Of a stretch of 64,000 nt of DNA, positions 31,801 through 47,215 are shown one piece after another. Where the stretch lies: contig CAVRJG010000003.1 of the NCBI GenBank assembly GCA_963721455.1, positions 1 to 64,000 of the forward strand, given 5' to 3'. The notes beneath the pieces are model-generated. The model was not told the DNA's origin, made no database searches, and worked only from the letters and a program-made list of their open reading frames with translations. A program made the translations under genes and the position numbers. This stretch comes from an uncultured Methanosarcinaceae archaeon. Its GTDB lineage: Archaea; Halobacteriota; Methanosarcinia; Methanosarcinales; Methanosarcinaceae. The first letter of the stretch is position 1, and each line of letters starts with the position of its first letter.

Positions 31801-31949
31801 TCAAAATTACAGCTTTTCTGTGCCTTCCATGGTTATAGAGTCTTGAGTGAATTAAGTGTAAATATTTAGAGGATTTCGATAAACCTCAATTATGGGGAAG
31901 GCGAGCCATTATACAACATGAAATAATTAAGACGAATTTGAGGAATCAG

Positions 31950-33017
31950 ATGGAGAATGTAATTCAAAAACGCGTAACCAAAAATCGGTATCTTTGGGTT
32001 GATTTGATCCGGATAATAGCGATATTTGCAGTGGTGGCAATCCATGTCGACAATTTCGGATTTGCCTGGAATAAAATATCATGGATAGACTGGTGGATGT
32101 CTAATGTATATAATGCGATGATACGTTTCGCGGTTCCAATATTATTCATATTGAGCGGTTACCTATTATTGGATAAGCAGGAGGATGACCGGATCTTCTT
32201 TTCAAAGAGGTTTAGCAAGGTCGTTATACCTCTAGTTGCATGGTCAATGATATATATGGTATTCGCAAACAATTATAATATATTTAGTATATTTACCGTA
32301 GATTTTGTGCAAAAATTCCTGTCTAATAAAATCTTTTATCATCTCTACTTCCTCTACTACATCATCGGATTATATCTCATCACGCCGTTGTTACGCAGGA
32401 TCTTAGCGCATGCAAACATGTCTGACATCCGTTATTACCTAACATTGTGGTTTTTATTCACACCTGTCAACCAGTTAATAGGATTTTTCGGATACAATAT
32501 TGGGATACCCGTAGAAGCCGCAACCGGGAATCTCGGTTTATATATCATTGGTTATGCTATCAAAAAAACCCAGATAACTGACAAATTAATATATTTGTCG
32601 GGTGTCATAGTTGCTACTTCATTAATGATTATGATCTTCGGGTCTTATATTATGAGCATGAATAGCGGAAAATTCGATACGTTTTTAACTTCGACAAGTA
32701 TAACACAAACAACATACGCGATATGTTTGTTCATCTTGCTCCGGAAAGCCCTGGACCATATGACATTAACAACGTCGTGCATGAATATAGAAAACATTAT
32801 AAGTGCTGTTGCCGAAGCTTCCATGGGAATATACCTCGTTCACCCAATACTATTACATTATATACAGCATGGGTTATTTGGTGTGTTTTTATTATCTCCG
32901 TCTTTTCTGAGCCCGATAATATCTGTTCCGCTGGTTACGGTCTTATTGTTCGTCGTTTCTCTGATCATTATAATAATAATGCAGAAAATACCTTTGATCA
33001 GGAAAATTGTGCCCTGA
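31950..33017 (+). CDS. Acyltransferase family 3 protein (WecH/YiaH-like O-acetyltransferase)
   Basis: WVDLIRIIAIFAVVAIH, RFAVPILFILSGYLLL, YHLYFLY and SMGIYLVHP motifs. Confidence 0.9.
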   Translation: MENVIQKRVTKNRYLWVDLIRIIAIFAVVAIHVDNFGFAWNKISWIDWWMSNVYNAMIRFAVPILFILSGYLLLDKQEDDRIFFSKRFSKVVIPLVAWSMIYMVFANNYNIFSIFTVDFVQKFLSNKIFYHLYFLYYIIGLYLITPLLRRILAHANMSDIRYYLTLWFLFTPVNQLIGFFGYNIGIPVEAATGNLGLYIIGYAIKKTQITDKLIYLSGVIVATSLMIMIFGSYIMSMNSGKFDTFLTSTSITQTTYAICLFILLRKALDHMTLTTSCMNIENIISAVAEASMGIYLVHPILLHYIQHGLFGVFLLSPSFLSPIISVPLVTVLLFVVSLIIIIIMQKIPLIRKIVP

Positions 33018-34090
33018 TTTTGACCTTGATTTTTTAATTTAGGTATAACTATATAATTCTATAAATCCGAACCTTAAATTAATGAGAATTCCGATAAACC
33101 CCCTATGCTCAAGAGTATAGGGAGCTTAAATCTCTCCTACATTCGGCAGCAGATGCTCCCAACATACATAAATTTTTGATTGCACTTTTTTGGTGAGAAA
33201 TCTAAAAATCAATGTCATGTGGACTAACTTTCGAACGGGATTTGTTATTCCCCCATTTACAACAATATAAATTTACGAATATATTGTCAACATTTAGAAA
33301 ATGCATATAATGACATAATTTTAGAAGTCTTGAGAAAAATCGATATCAGTAAAAAATGAAATGAATTTTTAAGTTCACCTGCCGAAAGCAGGAAGTATGG
33401 CCTTATTTCTATTTAATCTCTCTACTGATTACCTCGAGGATTTCGAGTATGGCTTTTTTATTGTGACATTTCAGACATTGACACCGTGGCTTATTTTCTC
33501 CAGATCCTTTATTCCCTTCTAATCGATTAGATACTCAATAATAACCTACTTTCAGCAGGTAACTTGTTTTTTCCGAGTATTTTTCTGATAGCGTTTTTGC
33601 TGGAAAACACATTATCCTTGATACTGAACATTATTGCAAAAATGGTTCATTGTTCATATACGTCGTGAGATTTGGGCAATATGTTAACCAGTTTTATCCC
33701 TGATAATAGTTACACAATGTTTAAAAAACGCAATCGATAAATATACTTAAAGTCTAATGTCGACCTGCCGAATATAGTAATAAGCTTTTTAAGCCACTCC
33801 TAAGATGAAGTAATGTAATATAGGACAATTTAATATTTTCATATCTGAAAATTAATATATGCCACAGAGTCAATAGAAATTACAAGGAATGAAAACGATC
33901 TGGGGAATGATATCGGGGGAGAAGTAGGAGCTTGTAGATTCTATTCCTGCGCTTGAATACTCAAAAAGATATTGATTTGTAGATTCAAATTTAGACTGAC
34001 GACGCCAGTTTAGAGAGGAATCCTACAGAGCCCAAATAAACAACCTTTGTATGCTACAATGTAAGAGAATCTATAGGAATTGGGGAAAGC

Positions 34091-36184
34091 ATGAAGAAGG
34101 GAGTAATATGTCTATTATGTCTATTCGTTTTTGGCATCGCACTAATTAACGCTTTAACTCTTGTAGCTTTTGGTTTTTCTGAAGCCTCGATGGGTACGAA
34201 CACCTCAGGACATGAGAATGAGAAGGCTATCGACCCTGAGGATATGAACCTTTCAGTAAAACCTGGAGACGACTTTTATGAGTATGCTGAGGGAGCCTGG
34301 ATAAAAAGCCATCCAGTGCCTGTGGACAAATCCCGATACGGAGAGACCGAGATAGTAGCGGACAGAACCTACGACCGCGTCAAAATAATCGTGGAGAGCG
34401 CAGCCAACAACACCTCTGCCCCCGAGGGAAGCCCCGAGCAGAAGATCGGGGAGTTCTACTGCGTAGGAATGGATAATGCCACCCTGGAAAAGCAGCGTCT
34501 GGATCCCATAAAAGACAAATTGAAGCTGATAGACAATATCTCCAACACTTCCGATATTCAAACCGTATCTACGCAAATGATGGATTATGGCATGGACCCC
34601 TTCTTCTCCATGTACGCCGCACCCGACAAGAAGAACAGCAAGGTCATGATCGCTACCCTTACTCAGGGGGGTCTGGGCCTCCCAGATAGAGATTTCTATT
34701 TCAGGCAGGACAACGAATCTATCAAGACCAGAGAGCAGTATCTGGCTCACGTTGCCAGGATGTTCGTCTATCTAGGCGATAGCCCAAAGGTTGCTGAGGA
34801 TAATGCCAGGACCGTGATGAGGATAGAGACCAGGCTGGCCAACGCATCCTTCACCAACGTGGACGACAACGATGAGATAAAAACATATAACAAAATGAGC
34901 CTTGAAGAGCTTGAGACCTTTGCTCCAGGCACGAACTGGTCTCGTCTCTTCAGCGTCCTGGGTCACCCGGATGTGGCCGAGGTCAACGTCAGAAACCCGT
35001 CCTTCTTTAAGGAACTGAGCACCGCCCTTCAGGACGAGAGCGTAGCTGACTGGAAAACCTTCCTGCGCTGGAAGCTGATCTTAGCCACGTCTCCCTATCT
35101 CAGCTCCGACCTGGAGAAGGAGCACTTTGACTTCTATGGGAGAAAGCTCAATGGCCAGCAAGAGATGGAGCCCCGCTGGAAGAGGGTCATCGATATAGAA
35201 AACCGGGTCATGGGTGAGGCCATAGGCCATGTCTATGTGGAAAGATATTTCGATCCAGATTCCAAGGCCAGGATGCAGGAGATGGTATCCAACCTTAAGA
35301 AAGCCTACAGGGAAAGAATTCAAAACCTGACATGGATGGAGCCTGAAACTAAGAAAAAAGCCCTCATGAAGCTTGAGGCCCTTGATGTCCAGGTAGGTTA
35401 CCCCGACGAATGGCTGGATTATTCAGAGCTTGAAGTGAAGAACGATTCATATGTCAATAATACCATCAGGGCCTCTAAATTCCAATTCCACCAAGGTCCC
35501 TACGGTCTGGACAGGATAGGCAAGCCCGTAGATCGCAAGCTATGGGAGATGAACCCACAGGAGGTTAATGCATATGCGGACTATAATAAAATCGTCATAG
35601 TCTTCCCGGCGGGCATTCTTCAGCCGCCCTTCTTCAACAAGGACGCCGATGATGCAGTCAACTACGGTGACATAGGTGCCATTATAGGACACGAGATGAC
35701 TCACCACTTCGATAGCCAGGGCAGGAAGTTCGATGCCACTGGAAATTTGACGGATTGGTGGACGCCAAAGGACGCCGATAACTTTGAAAAGAGCACGGGG
35801 GTTCTGGTGGACGAGTACAACAGGTTCGAGGTCCTGCCCGGCCTATACGTAAACGGCAACATGACCCTGCAGGAAAACATAGCAGACTTCGGCGGATTGA
35901 CCCTGGCCTACCACGCCTATAAGCTCTCATCAAAAGGAGAGTCGGAGACGATCGATGGATTGACCGGAGATCAGAGGTTCTTCTTAAGCTACGCACAGTC
36001 ATGGAGGGAATCAGACACGAATGAATACCTGAGGACGCTAACACTGACCGATACCCACTCGCCTTCCAGGTTCAGGGTCAACGGTGTGGTCTTCAACGTG
36101 CCTGAGTTTTACAAGGCATTCCCTAACGTAAAGCCAGGCGATAAACTTTACAGGTCAGAGAGTGAGAGGCCGGTGATCTGGTAA
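34091..36184 (+). CDS. Secreted M13 family (neprilysin/PepO-like) zinc metallopeptidase
   Basis: PGDDFYEYA, VNAY, FPAGILQPPFF, GHEMTHHFD (HExxH), ENIAD and HSP motifs. Confidence 0.96.
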   Translation: MKKGVICLLCLFVFGIALINALTLVAFGFSEASMGTNTSGHENEKAIDPEDMNLSVKPGDDFYEYAEGAWIKSHPVPVDKSRYGETEIVADRTYDRVKIIVESAANNTSAPEGSPEQKIGEFYCVGMDNATLEKQRLDPIKDKLKLIDNISNTSDIQTVSTQMMDYGMDPFFSMYAAPDKKNSKVMIATLTQGGLGLPDRDFYFRQDNESIKTREQYLAHVARMFVYLGDSPKVAEDNARTVMRIETRLANASFTNVDDNDEIKTYNKMSLEELETFAPGTNWSRLFSVLGHPDVAEVNVRNPSFFKELSTALQDESVADWKTFLRWKLILATSPYLSSDLEKEHFDFYGRKLNGQQEMEPRWKRVIDIENRVMGEAIGHVYVERYFDPDSKARMQEMVSNLKKAYRERIQNLTWMEPETKKKALMKLEALDVQVGYPDEWLDYSELEVKNDSYVNNTIRASKFQFHQGPYGLDRIGKPVDRKLWEMNPQEVNAYADYNKIVIVFPAGILQPPFFNKDADDAVNYGDIGAIIGHEMTHHFDSQGRKFDATGNLTDWWTPKDADNFEKSTGVLVDEYNRFEVLPGLYVNGNMTLQENIADFGGLTLAYHAYKLSSKGESETIDGLTGDQRFFLSYAQSWRESDTNEYLRTLTLTDTHSPSRFRVNGVVFNVPEFYKAFPNVKPGDKLYRSESERPVIW

Positions 36185-36280
36185 AGTGATCATCGGAAGC
36201 CATTTTTGCCCGAATGGTATCAACTACAGTACCTATGAAGAAGTCATGAACCTATAAGGATAATATCACTGGTAGTCCGA

Positions 36281-37259
36281 CTGTCGCGTCAATCCTCAAG
36301 TATCGGATAAAGACGTGACAATTTTATCCTTGCATCTTCTATTGTGAATTGCCAATTAACCTTTGTATTTTTGTTGTTTCTGAACTTTTGCCAGGCGAAT
36401 ACTTCTTTCCTAACAGCCTCGATGTTATCCATTCTCCTTTTTAAACATTGACCTGTAAGTACATTCAATTCAATCTCTGCCATATTCAACCAGTTTCCAT
36501 GTTTTGGGGTTTACACAAACTCAAACCTATCCCACAATGCCTTTGCTGGTGGAAATATTTCATAGAGAGATCCTGGAATATGTGTGTTTGCAATCAGTTT
36601 TTTTGGGGATTCGTCCATACATATAACAGGATTTCGTGGATCAAATGGACGCTTATAAACATCCAGAACCATTTCCATATTTGCAACAAAGCTACTGTTT
36701 TGTTCCGGGGGAATTACCCATCCTTTCCTTTGCCAGGGTTTGATTTCGTTTTTTTAAAGTACGGCGAACTGTTTCATGAGAAATATTCTCGATATAGCCA
36801 AGTTCTACTGCCTGATCAGCCAACAATCGCAAAGACCACCTTGCAAAACCTTCAGGGGGTTTACTGCAACTAAGGGCGACTAGATGAGCTTCAAAATCAC
36901 CATCAACTTTTTTAGCATAAATGCGATCTCTTTTTTCCCCGTTGAGGGCAACTTCAAGACCTTCTTCAACAAATCGTTTTTTAACGCGGTCAATTTTTCT
37001 CATACTAATATTCAGGATACGTGAGATTTCTTCATTGGTTGAATGGTTAACATTCCATTCACTTTTATCACAATTAAGTAAGATCAGAGCATTGAGGATT
37101 TTTTGTGAGTTATGTTTGCCCTTTGAGGTAAGTTCACAAAGAGCTTCACGTTCATCTTTGGTAAGTGTCACAGTGTATTTATTCATAAGTAATCCTCCAG
37201 GATTCTTTATGAATAATATACAATATAATTTTTACGGCATTTTATTGTTGACACGACAG
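36281..37259 (-). mobile_element. IS630-family element, internally deleted
   Basis: Inverted termini CTGTCGCGTCAA (36281) and TTGACACGACAG (to 37259). OrfA is an HTH (36692-37186, RWSLRLLAD) with a slippery TTTAAAAAAAAC near 36750. The DDE part is reduced to a PKHGNWLNMAEIE fragment. Confidence 0.88.
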
Positions 37260-37334
37260 TAGAGAATCAGGATAATAAAGAAAAAAGAAACCATTTTAAA
37301 CATAAAATATGTACAAATTTCTGGGGTTGGGCAT

Positions 37335-37535
37335 TTGGTAGATCAAGAGAAAATTCACAACCAGTGTCTTAGCAACGATCCAGAAGAACGTATTAAGGCA
37401 TTGGAGCAGTTAACAAGTAATTTTTTATCACTGCCACATAAACAAAAGGAGTAGAGCGAGTTAATTAAACTCGCTAAAGATCAAGACTATTATGTGAGGC
37501 GGAGGGGCGCCGAAGTCCCTGGGTCTTTGTTCCTG
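37335..37535 (+). pseudogene. N-terminal fragment of a HEAT-repeat protein
   Basis: (M)VDQEKIHNQCLSNDPEERIKALEQL...KQKE*SELIKLAKDQDYYVRRRGAEV. In-frame TAG at 37452, then truncated. Confidence 0.6.
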
Positions 37536-37549
37536 AAAAGATGTGCTGG

Positions 37550-38035
37550 TCAGATATCAAAGTTAACCCTTAATACCTCACACTGTGGCATATTTTTAAT
37601 TTGTACGCCCTCCATTGTTCCTGTTACCTCCAGACTATCAAATTCGTTTGAACCGCATAGTACATCTTGATTCGGGTGCGTGCCAGGTGTGATATTGCAG
37701 CTTAGAACAGTCTTTTTACCAGCCGACACTACGATTGGAAGCCTTGGCGATGCAGGATGGTTCTTTGGAAGAACTATTAATGGTGACCTGATTTCCCGAA
37801 TCATGAAGAGAACGCATTTAAGCCCTTTCTCAGTTCTCTCATTCACCGAAAGCGCAGAAGCAACAATTAGGTCATGAGGTTCCAGTCCGAGTACAATCTC
37901 TTCGTTTTCAGTTTCCAGAAAGAACTGTCCACCCGGACCTACTTTAACAATAGCCACCGTTCCTGCCGTGCCGCGCAGGAGAAGCATTTCACTTTCCTTC
38001 AGTGAAATGTCTTTAGAAGAGGTCGATTTTTTCAT
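37550..38035 (-). CDS. Hypothetical protein (161 aa)
   Basis: Intact ORF with typical codon use, downstream of a small zinc-ribbon gene. Confidence 0.8.
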   Translation of the reverse strand: MKKSTSSKDISLKESEMLLLRGTAGTVAIVKVGPGGQFFLETENEEIVLGLEPHDLIVASALSVNERTEKGLKCVLFMIREIRSPLIVLPKNHPASPRLPIVVSAGKKTVLSCNITPGTHPNQDVLCGSNEFDSLEVTGTMEGVQIKNMPQCEVLRVNFDI

Positions 38036-38070
38036 GTTAAAAATAAGTATCTAAAAAATCCAGTTGATTA

Positions 38071-38226
38071 TCAGGATTCTGCTACATTTTTAGACTGGCA
38101 GGAAGGACACTTCACATTCTTGCCAATACCTTTGAATCTATTTCCACAGTCCTTGCATACATAGTCTTTAACCGGCAACTTTTCTTCCATATCGATATCA
38201 AACGCGTCTCCAACACTACACATCAT
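38071..38226 (-). CDS. Small zinc-ribbon protein (51 aa), missed by the ORF track
   Basis: MMCSVGDAFDIDMEEKLPVKDYVCKDCGNRFKGIGKNVKCPSCQSKNVAES*, with a GAGGT RBS. Confidence 0.8.
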   Translation of the reverse strand: MMCSVGDAFDIDMEEKLPVKDYVCKDCGNRFKGIGKNVKCPSCQSKNVAES

Positions 38227-38628
38227 TATTACCTCATGGTTTTATCAAGGGGCTTACTATAATAATATAACCCACATATTATTACTAATACTTCTCCAAT
38301 TAATACCTTTCCATACATATCTCCGGGCAATTTCGGACCGCAGTTCTCCCATCAGGGCAACCATTTCCGCAAACCTGCAGAGAATTTAAAGGTAAAACGT
38401 ACCATGCTCGATTAGTTAAGTTATTCGGGCCTGGTTAGTCAGACGCCGAGAAAAGAAAAGCTATGTTGAAGAAGTGTGAGCTCGGAGATATAGACACCTC
38501 TCCATATAATGCAACATTTATATATTTATACTAACTATATTAATTTAGTTATGAGTTTGTAAATGTTTACTACTTCTGATATTGCCACGGCTATGTCGTT
38601 CCTGCAACAAAAATGGGCAGCTGAGACT

Positions 38629-39054
38629 TCAGGCCTTATTATTGGTTAAAAATGGTTGTTCGTCCATTTCTATCTTTGGCACTTCCAGGTTCTTCGTCAT
38701 ATTGTCATTTACTTTATCATATTGTTCAGCTGCACGAGCTAACCATCGCTTTACACTGGCAGGTTGTACCTCTGAAACATCGGCAATGGCTTCAATGCTC
38801 ATTCCTTTCATAGACATTTTTAGAGCTAAATCGATAGTTTTCTCATCTTTGCGAAGATCATGATAAAAAGTATCCGTATGGTCGCAAAATGCTTTGCCGC
38901 AGTGATGGCAAAGATATCTTCTTGTTTTTTCTCCACGACTTATGTAAGTTCCATTTCCAACAACATTACCTTGACCAGTAAGGCCATGGAGCTCACAGTC
39001 TTTATTCGGACAGGCAACGTCAGTAAATTGTGGTTTTGGACCTCTTTTCCCCAT
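38629..39054 (-). pseudogene. Truncated IS1-family transposase (InsA-like zinc finger and HTH)
   Basis: CPNKDC...GNG...RRYLCHHCGKAF and GMSIEAIA. It breaks off right after the first DDE motif IEMDE. Confidence 0.82.
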
Positions 39055-39209
39055 ATAACTCTATATGATTACTAATAAATAATATCAATCAAATACAAAT
39101 TGACCATCAATGAAAGTACTGAAAGAAGAATTGGATGAGTTTTGGGACAGACATATATTTGCACACAAAATGTCGCATTATTTAAAATAGTGACTATAGA
39201 TAGACATTC

Positions 39210-39330
39210 TTGATGACTGAGTTCGCCATATGTAATTTTTCCCGTCTGGACTGACTGCAAAAACTGGCTGAGATGCTCGCATAAAAAAAGAGAAGAGTGA
39301 CAGGGTTTGCCTGCCATTACTTTTTGCTAA
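39210..39330 (-). terminator. Conserved 3' non-coding block with terminator hairpin, copy 1
   Basis: Near-identical to 44640-44760; hairpin GCAGG-caaac-CCTG followed by a T-tract on the - strand. Confidence 0.65.
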
Positions 39331-39353
39331 AACATATCTGTATCTTCTTGGCG

Positions 39354-43519
<4,166 letters not shown>

Positions 43520-43915
43520 TTACCACCTCGGCATTTTAATAGGAAGGTAGGCAACTTCCCAACCTTGCTCATTTTTGTTATCTGCTAACCCATTTCTACT
43601 TACAAAACAATTGTACTATGCTGACACTCCAATATGATAACCAAGCAAGTGAGTAACAGGGCAAACTTTTGGAGTTACATAATTTCTCATCCCCTGAACG
43701 AGAAGTAGAGTTTGTGTGACTTGCCCACGTTAGAGAAAGATGACCCAAGAAGCTCTGTATGGAGCAGTTCACCACATCGGCTTCAAATAAAAAAGGGAAA
43801 TTACGTTTCCTTTTTTTAACAGGCTTTTCTTTTGAAGGTTTTTTGATGTCAACCCGGTTTAATTTTCCCCGCATTGGTCAGTTTAAATATCTTCAAATTG
43901 ATATATAAATTTTAC

Positions 43916-44093
43916 GGCTCTTCGCTATTTTGAGTGGGTAACTTACATCCATTTCCTATATGGGAGGAGCGATGTATAAAATTTAGAATCATTTTTTGTT
44001 GAAAATCACATTCAAACTCGATGATTCTCATTTTGGCAGGCCAACTTTTCAACTGGACAACTATTTTCAACCCATACAAAACAGCGAAGAGCC
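43916..44093. mobile_element. 178-bp MITE with ISL3-like termini
   Basis: Left end GGCTCTTCGCTATTTTGAGTGGG; reverse complement of the right end GGCTCTTCGCTGTTTTGTATGGG. Flanks aattttac and aattttca resemble a degenerate 8-bp TSD. Confidence 0.8.
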
Positions 44094-44183
44094 AATTTTC
44101 AATTTTTCATGAATTCACTCAAAATTACTGGTAGAGATTTACCGTTTTTATACGCGGTTTCTTCCTTTCTTTCAGCCTGTAAC

Positions 44184-44319
44184 GGCAGTGTGTCGATTTT
44201 TATGTAAAATCATAAATCTCAAGAAGTTGGTAGTTTGAAAATCCAATATTGAAAGAATGGAATTATACTCAGTACACAAAAAATTAACTTTGAATTTACA
44301 TAAAAATCGACACACTGCC
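44184..44319. mobile_element. 136-bp MITE with perfect 25-bp inverted termini
   Basis: GGCAGTGTGTCGATTTTTATGTAAA at 44184 and its exact reverse complement ending at 44319. Confidence 0.85.
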
Positions 44320-44639
44320 ATTATCTATTGAGATAAAGGTCAAAATGCAGTAGTTTTAGGTAAAAATTACTGTACTTTAGGCTTAATAATATCCATTTTT
44401 TAAAAAGCCGGTTTTCTGCATCTGAAGCATTTAATTGTTATGCATTGATTCTGGTCGTCCATTTGTATTCAGTTGTTATTATTTCCCAGTAATCGAAATA
44501 ACGTTTACACTCATTCTTTTCCCATGTCTTTGGCGTTTGTAGAGCCATCGTATTGCAACAGCATCAAAACGCAATTAAAAGTCGCGTTTGGTATTTTATC
44601 CTGAAAACATCAACCATGTATCAGTGGACGACCTAAATT

Positions 44640-44760
44640 AATGACTAAGTTCGCCATATACAATTTTTCCCGTATGGACTGACTGTAAAAACTGGCTGAG
44701 ATGCTCAAGTAAAAAAAGAGAAGAGTGGCAGGGTTTGCCTGCCATTACTTTTTGTTAACA
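44640..44760 (-). terminator. Conserved 3' non-coding block with terminator hairpin, copy 2
   Basis: TGGCAGG-caaac-CCTGCCA plus a T-tract on the - strand; duplicate of 39210-39330. Confidence 0.65.
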
Positions 44761-44788
44761 CTGATCTTAAGTTTCGTGAGTGATGCTG

Positions 44789-47215
44789 TCACCTTGCGAC
44801 ATATATTGTCCTGCTTGCAACATTTGATTTGCCGCCATTGGTTGCAGTTAATTTCACAGTGTAAAACCCTGTAGTTTTATAGATGTGACTTGGTTTTGAC
44901 TCGGTGGTTGTTGCACTATTGTCTCCAAAGTTCCACTTTATTGAGGCTGCGTTGACGGAGTTATCTGTGAATTTAACTGTGAGGGGAGCACGCCCAAACG
45001 TAGGGGTTGCTGTGAAGCTTGCTTTTGGCTCAGCAGATGCCGCAGTGACGGTTATTGTCTTGCTTGCGGTGTTAGTACCATCTGCGTTGCTTGCAGTCAG
45101 GTTAGCAGTAAATGTCCCTGCAGTAGCATATGTGTGTTCAGGATTTTGAGCCGTTGATGTTGTAGTTCCATCTCCAAAGTTCCATTTCCATCCGGTCGGA
45201 CTGTTAGTGGATTTGTCAGTAAACTTCACAGTAAGAGGAGTTGTTCCTTCGGTCTTATTTGCAGTGAAGTTTGCAACTGGTGGCGTAGGTACACGGTTTA
45301 CGGTGATGTCCATTGATTTTTCATTGCTGTGACCATCAGCGTTTGTTGCAACCAGTGTAACTGTGTATGTTCCCGCGCCATTGAATGTATGTTCAGGACT
45401 CTGAGCGGTTGAAGTACTTCCGTCTCCAAAGTTCCATGCCCATCCGGTTGGACTGTTGGTAGATTTGTCAGTGAACTTCACAGTAAGAGGAGTTGTTCCT
45501 TCGGTCTTATCTGCAGCGAAGTTTGCAACTGGCGGTGTCAGTACACTGTTTACGGTAATATCCATTGATCTCACATCGCTGGAACCACCAGCGTTTGTTG
45601 CAACCAGTGTAACATGGTATGTCCCTTCACCACTGAACGCGTGTACAGGATTCTGCTCGGTTGAAGTACTTCCATCCCCGAAGTTCCACTCCCATCTGTT
45701 TGGATTGTTGGTGGATGTGTCAATGAACTTCACAGTAAGATCTGCAGTAAAGTATGCAACTGGAGCTATTAGTTCGGATTTTGAGGCATAAACCGTATTT
45801 CCATCCGGGCCTATGTTAATTCTGTTTCCGTTAGGTTCCGGTTCATTAGAATAGTCCGATAAAGGATCTCCGGCATTGATGCATGGGGAACTTACGCTGT
45901 CATTTACCCAACCGCTCCCGTTCCATCGCCCTACTTTTGACTTTAAATGGTAATCATGGTTGTTTCTGTCTGCATACTGCGGATCTGCCTGTATATCCGT
46001 AGATGATGCCTCTACATTCAAATAATCGCCGCCGGCGTTATTATAGAAACAATTGTTCTGTAAAACAAAGGAGTGGGTGCCTGTAAGTAAATTCGATATG
46101 CCAGCTCCGTTTCCTCCCGCTGATGAGGATTGGGTAGTGTTTGTTATAATGTTATTTCTCGCCGTAATGACATATCCTGAGCCATCCAGAGCTGTAGAAT
46201 ACACATTTTTCTGTACAATTCCAGCTCCACAGGCTCCATCGATCACGTTATTTTCAATGGTAACGTTGAATCCATCGGACACGATCCCCCCTATTTCTTT
46301 ACGGCTGGAGTTGGTTCCGGTATCGTAGATTTGATTATGATGGATATGGACATTTGCCGAAGAATTGAGATAAGATCCTGATCCGAAGATCCAGATTCCA
46401 GAAAGTACAGTCCTGTATATCGTGTTGTTATACACCTCAATATCATCCATTACAGATGTTCCGTGCTTCTGAATTTCGATTCCTGCACCTCCTGAGCCTT
46501 CAGATGTGATATTATTGTTGTAGAAACTCACGTGGTTTGTGTTATAAACTCTCAGTCCACTGTTTGTGCTGCAGGTTATCCTGTTATTGTAGGCTTCCAC
46601 ATACAAGCTGTTGGTGGCATATAGAACATCATGTCCCAGTAAATATGCCTCATTATCATGGAAGCTTATATTAGAACAACTTCTAGTTTTTAGGCCATCT
46701 CCACGGTTATTGGTCAGATACATATCGTGTACATCAATATTCTGACAATTGCTCAAGTTGATAAGGTTATAGTAACCGCTTCCGTCCTTAACGTTAGTGT
46801 TTCCTTTGCGGTTTCCATCAATTGCAAAACCCTTGATATTAATATTATGGTTTCCGAAGCTGTCCATTTGCGTAATTATAGATTTTTCTATGGGCCAGCC
46901 TGCGTTATCGGCTAATTTGATCACAGCTGTGGAGTCCCCTTCAAGAGTGGTGTTGTTGCCAATCAGAAGAGTATCGTCTATAACGTATGTGAATGGCCCT
47001 TTAAGGTGAACAGTTGTATAACTAGCGTTTTCAGCCGCGGACTGAAGGGCCAGGTTAATCTGCACGTGATCATTTGTTCCATTACAATTAAAATCGCCAC
47101 TACCATCTCCCGCAACGTAGACCATTGATGCAGGGGTCATACAAAAAGCAGTAGGAACGCTTATTAGCATATAGAGACACATAAGGAAAGAGAGCATTAG
47201 TTTTCGATTTTTCAT
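44789..47215 (-). CDS. Cell-surface protein with a right-handed beta-helix (disaggregatase-related type) and 4 PKD domains
   Basis: Signal peptide, VYVAGDGSGDFNCNG, parallel beta-helix repeats, SPCINAGDP...EPEPNGNRINIG and WNFGDG repeats. Confidence 0.92.
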   Translation of the reverse strand: MKNRKLMLSFLMCLYMLISVPTAFCMTPASMVYVAGDGSGDFNCNGTNDHVQINLALQSAAENASYTTVHLKGPFTYVIDDTLLIGNNTTLEGDSTAVIKLADNAGWPIEKSIITQMDSFGNHNINIKGFAIDGNRKGNTNVKDGSGYYNLINLSNCQNIDVHDMYLTNNRGDGLKTRSCSNISFHDNEAYLLGHDVLYATNSLYVEAYNNRITCSTNSGLRVYNTNHVSFYNNNITSEGSGGAGIEIQKHGTSVMDDIEVYNNTIYRTVLSGIWIFGSGSYLNSSANVHIHHNQIYDTGTNSSRKEIGGIVSDGFNVTIENNVIDGACGAGIVQKNVYSTALDGSGYVITARNNIITNTTQSSSAGGNGAGISNLLTGTHSFVLQNNCFYNNAGGDYLNVEASSTDIQADPQYADRNNHDYHLKSKVGRWNGSGWVNDSVSSPCINAGDPLSDYSNEPEPNGNRINIGPDGNTVYASKSELIAPVAYFTADLTVKFIDTSTNNPNRWEWNFGDGSTSTEQNPVHAFSGEGTYHVTLVATNAGGSSDVRSMDITVNSVLTPPVANFAADKTEGTTPLTVKFTDKSTNSPTGWAWNFGDGSTSTAQSPEHTFNGAGTYTVTLVATNADGHSNEKSMDITVNRVPTPPVANFTANKTEGTTPLTVKFTDKSTNSPTGWKWNFGDGTTTSTAQNPEHTYATAGTFTANLTASNADGTNTASKTITVTAASAEPKASFTATPTFGRAPLTVKFTDNSVNAASIKWNFGDNSATTTESKPSHIYKTTGFYTVKLTATNGGKSNVASRTIYVAR

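Noticed and set aside
33360-33660. Possible decayed transposase remnant on the - strand
   Set aside because: Many stops and no motif I can assign with confidence.
37452-37454. TAG in the HEAT-repeat fragment as pyrrolysine
   Set aside because: It is probably a TGG->TAG change in a fragment that is truncated shortly afterwards.
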